This document shows positions 24,100 through 38,250 of a stretch of 64,000 nucleotides of DNA, piece by piece. Each line of letters opens with the position of its first letter. Positions within the stretch are counted from its first letter, which is position 1. The notes below the pieces were generated by a model. That model was given only the letters and a program-made list of their open reading frames with translations. It made no database searches and had not been told where the DNA came from. A program made the position numbers and the translations under genes. This DNA comes from the human T2T-CHM13v2.0 reference genome, Homo sapiens, in assembly GCF_009914755.1 (NCBI RefSeq), contig NC_060948.1; one strand, given 5' to 3'.

Positions 24100-26300
24100 T
24101 GTATCTTGCACCTGTTCTCTCCTCCAGTCTGTTCTGCATCAGGATATTTATCTTTACCTTAATCTTTGTTTATTTGTACTGCTGTTCGGTGTCCTTTCAT
24201 TTTACCCTGGAATAATACATAAGGCATTTATTAAATGGTTGTCTACTGGCAAAAGAATGTGGCTTTTATTTGGGAATTTCATAATTTCTCCCTCATTTTT
24301 GATGGACACTTTGTTTAAACATAACATTTGTTTGAATTTTTTTTTCTTAGTGCATTTGGAATATATGAGTCTACCCTGAGTTTTCAGATAAGAAATTCCC
24401 TGATTATTTATGAGGGGTTCTTTCATACATTACTGGTCAAAATTTCTTTGGCTGCTTTCAAGATTCTCTTTGTCTTTATTTTAGACAGTTTAACTATCAT
24501 GTATGTTTGAATGTGCCTCTTTGAGTTTATTTTACTTGGAGTTTGTTCAGTTTCTTCGGTATTTATTATCTTAAATTTGTGACAGGTTTGACCACATTTT
24601 TTTAGTTTCCCTATTTCTTTGTTTCTTTTCCTTGAACTTCCAAAATGGATAAGTGGGTCTGCTTGATGGTGTCACACTGGTTTCTAGACTGTTTTCACAT
24701 TTATTTATTTATTTTTTCTCTTCCTGACTTAATAATTTCAATTGCCCCTTTTATTCAATTTGGTGACATTTTCTTCTGTATGCTCAAGTCTCCTTTTAAA
24801 TGTCTGTAGTACTTATTTAGTTAGTTATTTATACAATTTTTTTTGAGATGGAGTCTTGCTTTGTCACCAGGCTGGAGTACAGTGCACAATCTTGGCTCAC
24901 TGCAACCTCTGCCTCTCGGGTTCAACTGATTCTCCTGCCTCAGTCTCTTGAGTAGCTGGAACTATAGATATGTGTCACCACACCCAGCTAATTTGTGTGT
25001 TTTTAGTAAAGATGGGGTTTCATCATGTTGGCTTGGATAGTCACAACTTCTTGACCTTATGATCTGTACCTTGGCATCCCAAAGTGCTGGAATTGCAGGC
25101 CTCTAGTCAATTTTAATGTCAATTGTTTTACTTTTCATCTCCAGAATATTTTTTTTTCTGAGAGCCACTGGAACTGGCCCAGAATTTTTTTTTTTAATGT
25201 TTGAAAATAAGTTGTCATGCTTTTCCAAGAAACTGTATTATTTTAGTTTCAATCCCTGTTTCTTTGAACCTAAAGTAAGACTTGCATAGAAATCACGAGT
25301 GAATTGTTCTTTTAAAGGTGCATTTGTGCCAGTCTGTGTGTTTTTATGTAAGAGCTCACATTTAAAGTTATTACAAGTAAAAAATTACTCTGACATTTTA
25401 CTTTTTTTCTATATGTTCTTTATTTTATTGGATCCTCAATTTCTCCTTTGTCCATTAAAAATGTTAACTTTTTAAAACTTTTTTCTGTATTTTTATGTTA
25501 TAATTCATTATATTTGGGACTTTAATTGTATTCTAAACTTAATAGAGCCTTCTTTGAATAATATTAACTTATTTGAATAATCTAAATTTTAATTTCAACA
25601 ATATAAATATATGCTGCTCTTATACTTTTCTTTCTCAATTTATATTATTGTCTCAGATTTTATCTGCACACACTGAGTGTCCATTAAAGTAAATTTGTAA
25701 TTTTTTATGTAATAGCTGCCTACCAGAGCTGTAATAGTAATAGCTAACTTTGCCAGAATTGTAATAGTAATAGCATTTCTTTTTTTTTTAGAGAAAGGTT
25801 AACCACACATTGAATACATTCCATTAGCATTATGAATAAGAGTGATATATAAACTATTATTTTTTAAATACTGGATCTGTATTAACAAATCTGTTATATT
25901 GTCTATTGTAGGAAATAACTGTATTCTTTGCTTTCAACAACTTAAAATTTTGTTTGTGACCAATTCCTGGCATTTTCAACCAAGAGTGACTTCTGAGTTT
26001 GGCAAAACAGTAATAAATATGTTTCATCAATTGTTTATTTATCTTCTAGAAAGACTAGAACAAACACAATAAATTAACACACAAGTGCTTCTTCACTCCT
26101 CCCAGAATTAGGAACCAGGGTTTAAAATGGAAAATGTGGATTTCAATTTTGAAGGCTTCATCTGTGCCTGGGAGGCAGTATGGCAATCCAAAAAAAATTT
26201 ACTACTTTAAAATTGTCTCTTTGGATGGATTCCTTGGTTGATACAAACAATTGATTTACAGGGTTCAGACAGTGTTTGATTGGTGTGATGTTTCTTTGAA
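24100..26300 (-). mobile_element. old L1M fragments with an Alu (24836-25100)
   Basis: Antisense L1 ORF1-region motifs (TTGGCTGCTTTCAAGATTCTCTTTGTCTTT, CTTGATGGTGTCACAC) and an Alu dimer. Confidence 0.6.
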
Positions 26301-26600
26301 TGGTTCAAAGCTGCCAGGCCTGCAGTTTTGCCTGCGTTTTTATTTGGGAAGCACTGATTGTTTTGTAATCTCAGAGTTTATTTTTATTTAGGAGATCTAT
26401 GTTTTTGTCCCATGAAAATGTTGTTTAAAACACTTAAATTGAAAGTTACACTTTTAATTTATGTTTCCAGTTGTTAGGTTTTTGTTTTAGTGGTTACGGT
26501 ATGAAGTTTGTTGTTTGCTTTCTATTGATTGATATTATCAATTTAGTATAAAGGGCAAGGGGCAATATTCTCTTATGTAGTACATCTTGGTTTTATGTAA

Positions 26601-26686
26601 AACATGTATATATGTAACAAACCTGCACGTTGTGCACATGTACCCGAAAACTTAAAGTATAATAAAAAATAAAAACAAACAAAAAG
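26601..26686 (+). mobile_element. very short L1PA 3' terminal fragment
   Basis: ACATGTATATATGTAACAAACCTGCACGTTGTGCACATGTACCCGAAAACTTAAAGTATAATAAAAAA. Confidence 0.88.
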
Positions 26687-27301
26687 TATAAAATAATTTG
26701 TTTCCAAAGTGACTTTCAAGTACATATCTAAATAAAACAATAAGGGAATAATTATGTAAGCATGCAGCAAGATCTACAAGTGTGATGATCTCTGGCAGAA
26801 GCCTGTATAAACAGTTTGAAAAACGACCAGGTCACTGTGGATGGAGCAGACTGTGGAAGGAAAACGATTGCAGACAATGAGCTCATGGGGGTAACACAAA
26901 GTCCATGTGATTGTCTAGGGTTTCTACAGGTCAGTAGATTTTACTTGAGTTTTACTCTAAGCCAAGTTCATGACTGGAAGTGGAATTGGTAAGGTTGTTA
27001 CTAGCATCTAGTGCCAAGAGGCTAGAAATGCTGTTGAATATCTTAAAATCTACTGTCAGGCACCTTTGAGCAATTAACAGTATTGAACCATCTCTCCAGA
27101 AAATTGTAAACAAAAAAATAGGAGCACACTTTTAGAACAATTTGATTTTGTATATTCACAGTCACTTAACTCAAAATCCCTGGTTTCTGTAAATCGGAAG
27201 GATTTTAAGAAGCTCTTTTAAAGTTCAGTTGATTCAAGTTAGGGTAAGCGTTAGTAAAGTAAAGTCAGTTCAGTTAATCAATAATTAGAAATTAAACTAT
27301 A

Positions 27302-27625
27302 GGCCGGGTGCGGTGGCTCACGCCTGTAATCCCAGCACTTTGGGAGGCCAAGGCTGTCCAATCACCAGGTCAGGAGATGGGGACCATCCAGGCTAACTTG
27401 GTGAAACCCCGTCTCTACTAAAAATACAAAAAAAAAAAAAGAAAGAAAAAAAATTAGCGGGACATGGTGGCGGGAGCCAGTAGTCCCAGCTCCTCCGGAA
27501 GCTGAGGCAGAATGGCGTGAACACCCGGGAGGCAGAGTTTGCAGCAAGCTGAGATCGCGCCACTGCACTCCAGCCTGGGCAACAGAGCGAGACTCCGTTT
27601 CCAAAAAAACAAATAAAAACAAAAA
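27302..27625 (+). mobile_element. AluY
   Basis: GGCCGGGTGCGGTGGCTCACGCC...GAATGGCGTGAAC...GCGAGACTCCG plus tail. Confidence 0.93.
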
Positions 27626-28084
27626 GGTAAACTAAATATTTCCTTTTTCTCCCCTTTTCTTTTCCATTATTTTTAAATATTTATGTAAAACGCTAATATA
27701 GCAAAATAAAACCCTAGGCACACTCTATTTTTGAGATACCATGGAGAAAACTGAATCAAAGCCTTTTGGGATAGAGCTAATCCGGAATACGACTGGAAGG
27801 CATACAGAATACAGATGCACACATGTGCATTGGTACACTACATTATGCATACCCATCGAGCGTAATGATTGCCATAAGACAAATATTAAATGTCTCTTAT
27901 GACAGAAAAGTTGTGAAGATTTTACAATAACCAAGCCAAATGAAAACCAAGATTTCAAGGATTATAGCCAGGGCTAGATAATTCTAGGTGTTGAGTAGAA
28001 TGAATACTCAAGCATCTTCTAGGGGAGGCCATCACTGTTGCCATAACCAGCGCAGGGATTATCTCTACAGACACAGGTGGAAGG

Positions 28085-28687
28085 GCTCATGGCAGCATGA
28101 ACTTCGTTTTTCCTGGATGCAGGAAAATAATATGAGATCACCTGAATGGCAGGGCTGAATGACCTGGAACACAAACGGGTAGAAAACATTCCCCTTGCTT
28201 ATCACATTGTGGTAGACAAAAATAAAACGAGAGCTGTGGCCCTTCAGGGCGCACAGACCAGGGAGCTCTCAAAGCCAGGGAGGGCTGTCACACCTTCCTT
28301 GGGGCTTTGCCTTTTCTGGCATCTCCAAGCTTCTGGGCATCACTACATTCCCCAGTATCAGCTGTGGAGGCTGCTTGCAGTAGGCCTGGCCCAGTTGCAG
28401 CTTTTCAGTGATCTAGCAGTTCTGTTGGCACCTAAAACTTCCTGACCTGACACAGCTGGCATGACTGACCATGTCTAGAGGCTGGAAGCCACACTTGCTC
28501 ATACACCTCTCACCACTCATCCATGTTTGCCCTTGGCAGGTGATAACTCCAGTAACTCCAGCTGGGTGTAGCCTGCCAGGTAGTGTGGGTAGAACAAATT
28601 TAGCAGGCTTGATTAAAGCTCAGGGAAAGGCCCCACTGGCCACAGAGGATTTCATCTGACAAAGTGACTCCCCTAAAATCCCATTGC
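28085..28687 (+). mobile_element. MER52-family LTR, 3' part
   Basis: TTCCTGGATGCAGG...GCTGTGGCCCTTCAGGG...CATCTCCAAGCTTCTGGGC...CACTGGCCACAGAGG. Confidence 0.7.
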
Positions 28688-28879
28688 AAAAGCAGCATAG
28701 CTGGTTGTGTTTAAATGACTTACTTCTTTTAGTTCTTGAAATACTGAAAATTCAGTGTCCTACATTTTGGATTTTTTTAACCTTATTTGGAAATGATTAT
28801 ATTTCAAAATTTTTACAAAATCAAATTTGAAAGATTATTATTTGCATTGAACCACCTGATCCATCTTATGTACACTGCA

Positions 28880-29005
28880 TTTTTTTTTTAAAGATGGACT
28901 TTCACTTTTGTAGTCCATGCTGGAGTGCAATGGCATGGTCTCAGCTCAGTGCACCTCTGCCTCCCAAGCAGCTGGGATTACAGGCACCCACCATGGTGCC
29001 TAGCA
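28880..29005 (-). mobile_element. deleted Alu fragment
   Basis: AGATGGACTTTCACTTTTG...GCTGGAGTGCAATGGC...GCTGGGATTACAGGCACCCACC. Confidence 0.8.
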
Positions 29006-29312
29006 TGGCATTGGGCTTCAGATTAGCATTCTTTTAGTAGATTATGAAGCTTGCTTATGAAACAATATTTCTAATTCCTGGACTTTGACATTTTGTACTT
29101 ATGTAGTTTCTGTTTGGGAGGCACTTTTGCTGGGCATTGTAAGATGATGAGTGCATTTCTGGCATTTTCTGTTAAATGCAATAGTAACATCATTTTTCTG
29201 TGGTTGAAATACCCTAATACGTTTGTGTCTCATGGAATCTAAATTGTTGACATTTACTATTCTAGAGAGTTCTGAAGAATAAATTAAAAACCACTTTTTA
29301 AAATGTTGCAGA

Positions 29313-29736
<424 letters not shown>

Positions 29737-29989
29737 CTAACATTCTGTCATTTGTGAAATAAACCAGGATGTCCTGCATGTACTGTGGAACTTAATATAA
29801 AACAAAATTAAATTAATTAAATAAAAATAAAACTTTTTTTTCTGGATGTGGGGTTGTAGTAACTTTGAAATGTGTGCACACTTTATTTAAAACATTTTGT
29901 AATTAAAAATCAGAGTTGTCACAAACTGCATTGAAAAGTTAAATAAGTAGTACATCTCAATTTTTAATTGATTGAATTTGTTTTCTTTT

Positions 29990-30253
29990 AATTTTAGAAT
30001 GATATCTCACATTGCCTCTTTGGCTGGAGTGCACTGGTGCAATCTTAGCACACTGCAGCACCCTGCTTCCCAGCTTCAAGTATTTATTCTTCCTCGGCTT
30101 CTTGAATAGCTGAGATTACAGGTGTGCACCACCACACCTCATGTGTTTTTACCATATTGGTCATGCTTGTCTCAATATTCAGACCTCAAGTACTCTGCCT
30201 GCCTTGGCTTCCAAAAGTACTGGAATTACACGTGTGAATCGCCATGCCTGGCC
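29990..30253 (-). mobile_element. diverged Alu
   Basis: GGCTGGAGTGCACTGGTGCAATC...CAAAAGTACTGGAATTACA...GCCATGCCTGGCC. Confidence 0.82.
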
Positions 30254-30699
30254 CCTGATTGAATTTCTAATTGAATAAAAAAGTCCATCTTGCAAAACCT
30301 TATTTTCTACATCATATTTTTGATGAGTTTCTTTATATGTCTCATAATTCAAGAAAAATAATATAATTTTAATGTATTATACTTGGAAATTAATTTATTT
30401 TTATTAATATGTAACTAAAATAGTAGGTATATTTAGAATGTTATTTTGCTTTGGTGTAAAGTTCTGAAGTTTTAGAAATTTCTGTAAAAATCTAATTTGG
30501 ATAATTAGTTACATTAGTTGATTGCACTCAGTTTTTTTTCCTCAGGATTTTCTTTTGTAAGAAAATTCAAAATTGTTTCAAGATACATTGAGATGTTTAA
30601 TTATGTGAAATAGACTTAAAGGTATTTTCTTTGAAAATAAAGTTTTTATAACCTGTCTTTTCTACTAATAATATGTGATTACTTCTTCTAACTTACTAG

Positions 30700-30920
30700 A
30701 AATTAATTCGTTTTCATCTTGCCTTCATCTAAAGTTCACCTGCAATACATAAGAAGTGAATAACTGCTAGCAGAGAAGGCTGTTCTTGTCTGTAACTGAC
30801 CCACTACCATCAACCCTGGTTTTGAGCTGCTTGCAGCACCAGCTATTGGCTGTGTAAAAAATCTCACAATGATGCTAGACTGTTTGACTGAAACATATTA
30901 CAAAGACAAAGCAATAACTA
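30700..30920 (+). pseudogene. USP9Y: USP9Y unprocessed pseudogene exon
   Basis: [67 protein letters not shown], compared with USP9Y FIFPASKVYLQY...[32 protein letters not shown]. AG and GT boundaries are present. Confidence 0.88.
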
Positions 30921-32689
30921 GTGAATATTTTAAATTATAAAGAAGTTTTTGTTCATTAATCACACTTTAGTTTAAAATTCTATTATTTCATTTGCAAAAA
31001 TTAACTTATGGGTTTTTTCTTTTTGATTAACTAGTTTACCATTTTGTAGCCATCAGGTATATAATTAAAACCATGTAAGTAAGAGAACATTATTTTTCAA
31101 AATAAGCATGTATTTCTTAACTTCTCTCCTATAGCTGGTTTTGGTAATTTACCACAGTGGGTTTTATTTAGTTGTATGTGAAAAAAAAATACTAACCCTT
31201 TAGAATACAAGAAGCCAAATTTAATGCTACAAAAACTTTATATTTAAACTGTATGCATTAAAAAGATTTTCATAACCCAAACTTTGAAGTTGTTTCATGG
31301 TATTTTAGTTATATTATAAGAGAGGTATTGTTTTAAAAATCATAATGTGAGAAGAGAACATTTGAGTGCATTTTATTACTTTTAAATGTCCATATTAGTT
31401 AAGCAAAATAGGTAGCAATGTTGAAATCTTACACAAAACTGAAACTCAGAGTGGGAGCCAATGTAAGTAAATTAACAAGTAATAACATGAAATTTAGTTG
31501 ATTTCAAGAGAAATCTGAGGGTTAAGTACATAATTAACAACAGCATTCTGTACAGATATTTAATTGGAAAATGTGAAATTATATTTATGTTTTTCTCTGT
31601 GTGAGTATATTTTTTAGTACATTGTAGGAGTTTCTAGCTAAACTCATTACTTAAAAGGTCAGATCATTCTGTGTCCTGTGGGATCTATGTAGAGAGAAGA
31701 GTTTCCTTTTTGAAAACACTTTTTTTTTTGTTAATTTGTTTAACTATTGTATTGGAATAGTAAATTTGTATTTTCAAAAGAGATTTTTTAAAATAAACAG
31801 TATTGTTGTTAAACTAGCCAATGTTTTCTTGTGATTAATATATATTTTCAAATATACAAGAGGACATGCACTAAAAACTATTATCTTGCCACCAATATTA
31901 TATTTCTGGTACAGAGATTTTCTTTGAGATATATGCACATCTTCATACAATTAGCTATTTTTTTTTCTTACAGAAATGATCATATTTCTGATCAAAGTAA
32001 AAAAATCTTTTGAAAATATATATTTACTATTCTAATACAATAGTTAAACAAATTAACAAAAAAAAAGTGTTTTCAAAAAGGAAACTCTTCTCTCTACATA
32101 GATCCCACAGGACACAGAATGATCTGACTTTTTAAGTAATGAGTTTATATACAATATGGTTAACCTTGTTTTGTACTTAGTCACACGCCTGTCAATACAA
32201 CAAGATCTATTTAATTCTGTTTTGTAGCTACATAACTTGCAGTTCAATGTGCTCTAATTTATGTAATCCATCTCTAAGTTGGATTTATGTGTAAGTCATA
32301 TTCAGTTTTACAAAAAGTAGCATTTACAATTTTCACAGGTATTTTAAAGACAACTTCTAATTGACTTCATCTCACAATAAAACTATGAACATAGATAAAA
32401 CAATTATCACTATTAGCTGAGGAAGAAAGTGATATTTATGTGAAGATTATAGTTTTTATGAATCAGAACAATAATGTAAATGTAGTGCTCAATTAAAACT
32501 GAGAAAACTCTAAAGTTCTATTTATGTAAAGTTCTGATTAAAATGTATTGAATACACTTAAGTGCAAAAGTTTTTTAATATGTAAATTTGTAATGATTAA
32601 TGCTAAGTCTGTGTAACACATTAGAATTTAATATTATACCATCATGCATGACCTTTTCTAAGAAAATTGTTACAGAAGCAATGTCATTA

Positions 32690-32839
32690 AAAATGTGGAC
32701 TTAAGAAGTCTGTGGTTAATAATTCTGTGATCCAGCAACTATACATAATCCCAGTCATCAGAAACAGTATTTCTACAATTGAAAACACAGTTAGTGATGA
32801 ACTCGATGATCGTTCAAAGATGAGAAACAAAATTGTGAG
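32690..32839 (+). pseudogene. USP9Y: USP9Y pseudogene exon (Cys-box exon, damaged)
   Basis: NSVIQQLYIIPVIRNSISTIENTVSDELDD/DEKQNCE from 32721, donor GAG|GTAAGT at 32840. Confidence 0.88.
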
Positions 32840-34625
32840 GTAAGTTTTAATTATCATTTTTTGAATATTCTCATAGTAGATACTGTTGTTCTTCCTCAAA
32901 TTAGTATAGTTTCATGAGGTTTTATCAGGACTGCATTTTGATGATATGGCTATAATATCTGAGATACTATGACTGGCATATTTATTGTGATCACTATCTA
33001 GTAAGTTGAAATTTTAGTTAATAATATTTATCAATGTTTTTTGTTGTTTTCAAAGCATGGTTGATATAATCACATTTGCACAACATGGTAAATGCAATTC
33101 ATTCTTTGGATAATGAGAAATTTTTGTTTTTAATAATTATATTCTCATCTTGTTTTATAAAGTAGGCTTTTTTACTGTTCTATCTGTGTTATATAAGTTG
33201 TGCTTATTTTTAGGATTCTCTAAATATTTTTCTCAAATTAGGGTTTTTTCTGCTAAGGAAAAAAATTGATTTTCAGATAATGCTACATGGACCTGTTAGC
33301 AACATGACGTAACTATTACAATCAGGCTGCTAAGGGTATAAAACATCTGGTTGAAAATAAAAAGTATCTGGTTGAAAATAAAGCAGCAAAAATATTAGGT
33401 TTTAGTGGCAGATTACATATTTAAGATATAGCTATTAAATAAGTGAATACCAAAAACTTGAATTTTGGAAATGTTTGTACTCAAGTAGTTCCTTTACTTT
33501 TTGCATAGGTATTGATAGAAACTAAATAAAGAAATTAGAATATTTTAATTGTAATAAATCTTAAATTTCTACATTTCTCTTCCTCAGTAATCAGAAATAG
33601 TTTGGTTTTCAAATAGCATCTCAGCATTTATCATTTATGGAGATTAAAAACACACTTGCCTCTCCCTTTCTAGATCTGATAGATCACACCACGCAGGCAT
33701 TAAAACCTTGGTAGCATTTCTTTTAGTAGAATGTCCATATGGGACGTTCGCTAACACTTGGTTAATAGTCACTAATAAACAACAACAACAACAAAAAGTA
33801 AAATTTAGTTCCTTGTACTGTAATCAGTTTTACCCCTAGGGTTTTGAATTTAAAACAGATAGAGATGGTTAATTACACTGGCAAGAAGTGAATGAGGCAG
33901 ACAGAATATAAAATTCAAATTAAATCCCCACCTTTGTGCTTCATTGCTTGTGCTTTATGATGTCTTAGCGCTTTACTGTGGCTGCATGTCTGCCTAGCTG
34001 CTTTTTCTATACAATGAACTTCATCAGGGCACAAACTGGATATTGTTCATTATTGTATCAAAAACCTCAGATGTAGAGAAAAACATACAGAAACATGAGA
34101 GATATGTGTAAAACAACTGTATTTTGCTCTGTAGCTATAAGGAAATTATGACCTTTGGCGTTCCTGTGTGTGCTCTCATTCCTTCCACAACTACTCTTAA
34201 TAGCTGTACTTATTGTGCAGTAATAATTCCAAATACATCACATAAATTATATCATGAAATCTGTAAAAATGCATTAAAATCACAAGAAGACACTGAATTC
34301 TAGGAGAACAAAGTATCTTATTCCTCATATGGCAGAGCACTGATTTGTTTTTAATCTGTCTACTCAACAACACTGTAGTATATTTTATTACCTGCAATAT
34401 ATGCTATTGTTTTATTATTGCTAAGGATAATTTTTCTGTGATCTCTTTCTGATGGTCCCCCTGTGAAATAATCACTAATCCTAAACATTAAAAACAATAA
34501 GTTCTTTGAAAATAATATTAAAACATGCATATCATCTTATTAACTAAGTTTTGGTATTTATTTCAACTTCTTTTATTATATTTTAACGTTAGATTAGTGC
34601 ATCACCAATGTATTTTGGTTTCTAT

Positions 34626-34814
34626 AGCAATGCTCATCTCCAAAATGATGTACGTAGTTAACGTCATAAATTTAAAGATGAGCCCACATTAAACAAGATA
34701 GAAGATAGGAAAGAGAACAATATTCGTGTCCAAAGACACCTTCAAGCCTCTTTTACATTTAGTTGCCTTCTGACTAAAATACTATGTACTGAAAATTTTT
34801 TGGAAACACTTCAG
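34626..34814 (+). pseudogene. USP9Y: USP9Y pseudogene exon
   Basis: SNAHLQNDVRS*RHKFKDEPTLNKIEDRKENNIRVQRHLQ...YYVLKIFWKHFR, compared with SNVDPRDDVFG...EDRKEYNIGVLRHLQ...YYVPRGFWKQFR. Donor CAG|GTAAAT. Confidence 0.87.
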
Positions 34815-35737
34815 GTAAATTATGGGTGATTTATCAATTTAATTTTGATAAAATCGTCTGTACATTAAATTTTTTAAATAGATCTTTAAAATACATAGTT
34901 TATTTGGCATGTAATATTTAAAAAATAGTAATATCCTAGCTGCATTTCTTGATCATTTTTATTATTGTCATACTAATAGAAAAAGGTTAAAATTGTCACA
35001 GCAAAGACAGGCCACTGTATTCTTTCATCTCTTAAGGTATAATTGACTTCTTATAGGAAGATTTGTAATCTATATAATCAAAATATTAAAATGAAGTCAT
35101 CTCCTTGATTTAACAGTTCTCAAATGAAGCAAATGTCAAGTACATTTTTTAAGTGTACAGATATTTTAATACATCCCTAAAGTTTTTTCAAAAATATATG
35201 ACCAGGGTACTGTTATCACACATAATACAAATTATTTTACAACCTTGGGCAACGTAGAAAACCCTGCCTCTATGAAAACAAAACAAAAATTATTCAGGTG
35301 TGGATATATGAGCCTGTAGTATCAGCTACTTGGAAAGATAAAATACCATTTATTTGACTAACTTTGATATTTGATTACACTTTCCTCATTATACTGTTCA
35401 ATTTAGACTAGCACATCAATGATGTCTTTTAGTTTCTAGAGTAATGTTTATGCCTGAGATTATGTATAATAATCACCTCAGAAATCCATATTACTCATCA
35501 TCAAATAAGCATTTTTATTATCAAATAAACCTTTTAATCACTGACAAAAAAGTACTGCTTCCTAGTCCTGCAAGATAAAATATATATGATATACTTTTAT
35601 ATAAATATATAATCTATAACTTCATGTAATATACACATAATTTTTGCAAGCCTGAATGTAATCTCATAGATTTTGAGCCTCTTACAAAAGTGACCAATAA
35701 CACTTGGTCCGTGTTTAGATTTGAAAAATCTCAACTA

Positions 35738-36040
35738 GGCCAGGCCCTGTCACTCACATGGATAGCCTTAGCACTTTGGGAAGCCAAGGGAGTCAGATTA
35801 CTTGATTTCAGGAGTTCAAAACCAGCCTGTGCAACATGGTGATATCCCATCTCTACTAAGATGCAATAAATTAGCTGAGTGTAATTGTCTGCACTAGTCC
35901 CATCTATCCGGGACACTAAGGCGAAAACATCACCTGAGCTGTAACCGTGTTGCTGCATTGCAGACTGAGTAATGAAGAGAAGCTGTGCCACACAAACACA
36001 CACAACCACACATGCACACAAAACCACACACACACACAGA
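35738..36040 (+). mobile_element. diverged Alu with (CA)n tail
   Basis: GGCCAGGC...AGCACTTTGGGAAGCCAAGG...CAGGAGTTCAAAACCAGCCTG, with a CA-rich tail at 35988-36037. Confidence 0.8.
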
Positions 36041-36537
36041 GAAAGAGTTTAGTGTTCTTTCAAGAAGGTATTTCTTAGATAGCTCAGAGGTAGGAAGAAA
36101 AAGGGATCTTCTGATTTCTGGGCTGTCTTCTGTTTTACTCACAGTAGTTCCCTTTCTATGTATTAGCATATCACTTAGATTTCCTTTAAAAGTCTTTAGT
36201 GCACGTGTAATTAACTGACTGCCCATTATAGCTTTCAGTAAAAGTTTCCAAATTTCATAGCTAAACTGTAAACCTAGGTTATAAATATGATTTGCATATA
36301 TAATTCTAATTTACATATTTCAATTCTTTATCTGCACACGTCCCTCACTCTCATTTTTTCTTGTGTCAACAATTTATTTTCATTAGCTTTCTCTACTCAA
36401 AACATTTCTTTTTCTGCAATCTAGTCAACATTTCTGTTCTTGTTCTCTCAAATTATTATAACTCTTTGAGCTTCTGTCTTCAAAACTTTCACTCAATAAT
36501 TTATGTGTGCATGCATCTATATGTGATCATCTGCTAT

Positions 36538-37035
36538 CACTTGGCACCAGGGCCTGTTTTTGTGAAAGACAAGATTTTCATCAACTGGGGTTGTGGAGAC
36601 AGTTTTTGGAAGATTTGAGTACCCTCCATTGATTTTGCGCTTTATTTGTCTTATTATTACATTATAATATTTAACAAAATAATTATACATCTCACCATAA
36701 TGTAGACTCGGTGGGAGCCCTAAACTTATTTTCCTGTAGCTAGATGGTTCTATCTGTGGGTGATGGGAGACTGTTGCAGGTGATCAGTTGTTTTGATTCT
36801 TATAAAGAGTGCAAAACGTAAATTTCTCTCAAGTGCAGTAAATAGTAGTTCCCTCGCTTCTATAAAAATCGGATGCTGCCACTGATCTTCAGAAAGCGGA
36901 TCTCAGGCAGTACTGTGAACCATACTTAGTGTTTTAAATAGAGATAAGGTTTCCATGCTTGGCCACCACTCACCTGTTGATGTGTAGCCCCAGTTCATAA
37001 CAAGACGCAGATGGATACTGATTAGGGAAACCCCA
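36538..37035 (+). mobile_element. MER1A-like hAT-Charlie DNA transposon
   Basis: TTGGCACCAGGG...CTCACCATAATGTAGA...GTGGGAGCCC...GGTGATGGGAGAC...GCCACTGATCT. Confidence 0.8.
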
Positions 37036-37172
37036 GCTCAAGCCAAAGAGTTTGAGACCACAGTGAACTGGAATTGTGCCACTGCATTTTAGCTTCAGTG
37101 ACAAAGAACCTGTCTTCACAAATAAAAGTAAAAAATACATTTTATAATTTGTATTTTAAATAATATCTTTTG

Positions 37173-37302
37173 ATACAAATGTGAGAAATCTTTTACAACT
37201 TTAAATGTGGACATGAACAGTCTTCAAAATCTTCTTCATTCTGTGGAACAGTGTATCAAATTGAATGTGCAAATGCACATCATTGTAAAATGTGATAAAA
37301 AG
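37173..37302 (+). pseudogene. USP9Y: USP9Y pseudogene exon
   Basis: [39 protein letters not shown]/CDKK, compared with [27 protein letters not shown]...ANAYHCEKCDKK. Splice sites are degraded. Confidence 0.87.
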
Positions 37303-38039
37303 TTTGTTTTGTTCAGTTTTGAAAAAAATAATTATCTCATTGAAAACAACCAGAAGACAATTAGAAGTGTTTGTGCTCATCCACAAAATTAACTTCTGCT
37401 TTCTCTTTAGTATTTGCACGGTATCAGAGAGGTAGTCAAGATGATAACTGGCTTAAAGGAGAATGTTATTGACAAAATCGAATGACTGACTAGGAAAAAA
37501 AAAGTTATTCTCATTAGGTGAATAATTTGAGATGTAAAATAATCTCCCAGATTGTTTTCATCTCTACTCTAAAATAAATTGCATTTTAATGATTGAATCT
37601 TGAAGAGTTGGTAGAAGAAAGCATTATTCTTTTTCTACTATAAAAATCTCTTGAAGCAAAAATGTTCCTTCATTTTATGGGCTTCCAACAGATTTTAACG
37701 ACCACTTGTAGTTTCACAAACAGGTCTCTTTCTTTAGGCCTAACCAGCTAATTTTATTTCTTTGCAATTTGACTAGGATATATAATGGTAAAATGTCTTT
37801 GAAGATATTATATATTAAATGACAGGTATGTCTTTCTTGACCTTCATAACATCTCACCTCCAAGCTGTCTGCATTATCTTGCACTTAGCTGCCATTTAAA
37901 TTGTGGTTTATTTTTAACAGCATACTGCCTGCTATTTTCACCTCTGAGACTTGGAACAATTTCTTTTCACCCTGCCTGCCACTCTTAATTCACACCGTTT
38001 AAAGTATTATGTATAGGTTTTACCTTTTTATAAGACAGA

Positions 38040-38250
38040 GAGTCCAGCTTTGCCAACAGGGTGAAGCCCCATCTCTACTAAAAATATGAAAATTAGCCAG
38101 GCGTGGCGGCAGATGCCTGTAATACTAGCTACTGGGGAGGCTGGGACAGGTGAATCGCTTGAATCTGGGAGGTCTAGGTTGCAGTGAGCCTAGATCCTGC
38201 CATTGCACTGCATTCTAGGTGAAGAGAGTGAAACTGTCACACAAAAAGAA
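38040..38250 (+). mobile_element. 5'-truncated AluS
   Basis: CCCCATCTCTACTAAAAATATGAAAATTAGCCAGGCGTGG...GGTTGCAGTGAGCC. Confidence 0.87.
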
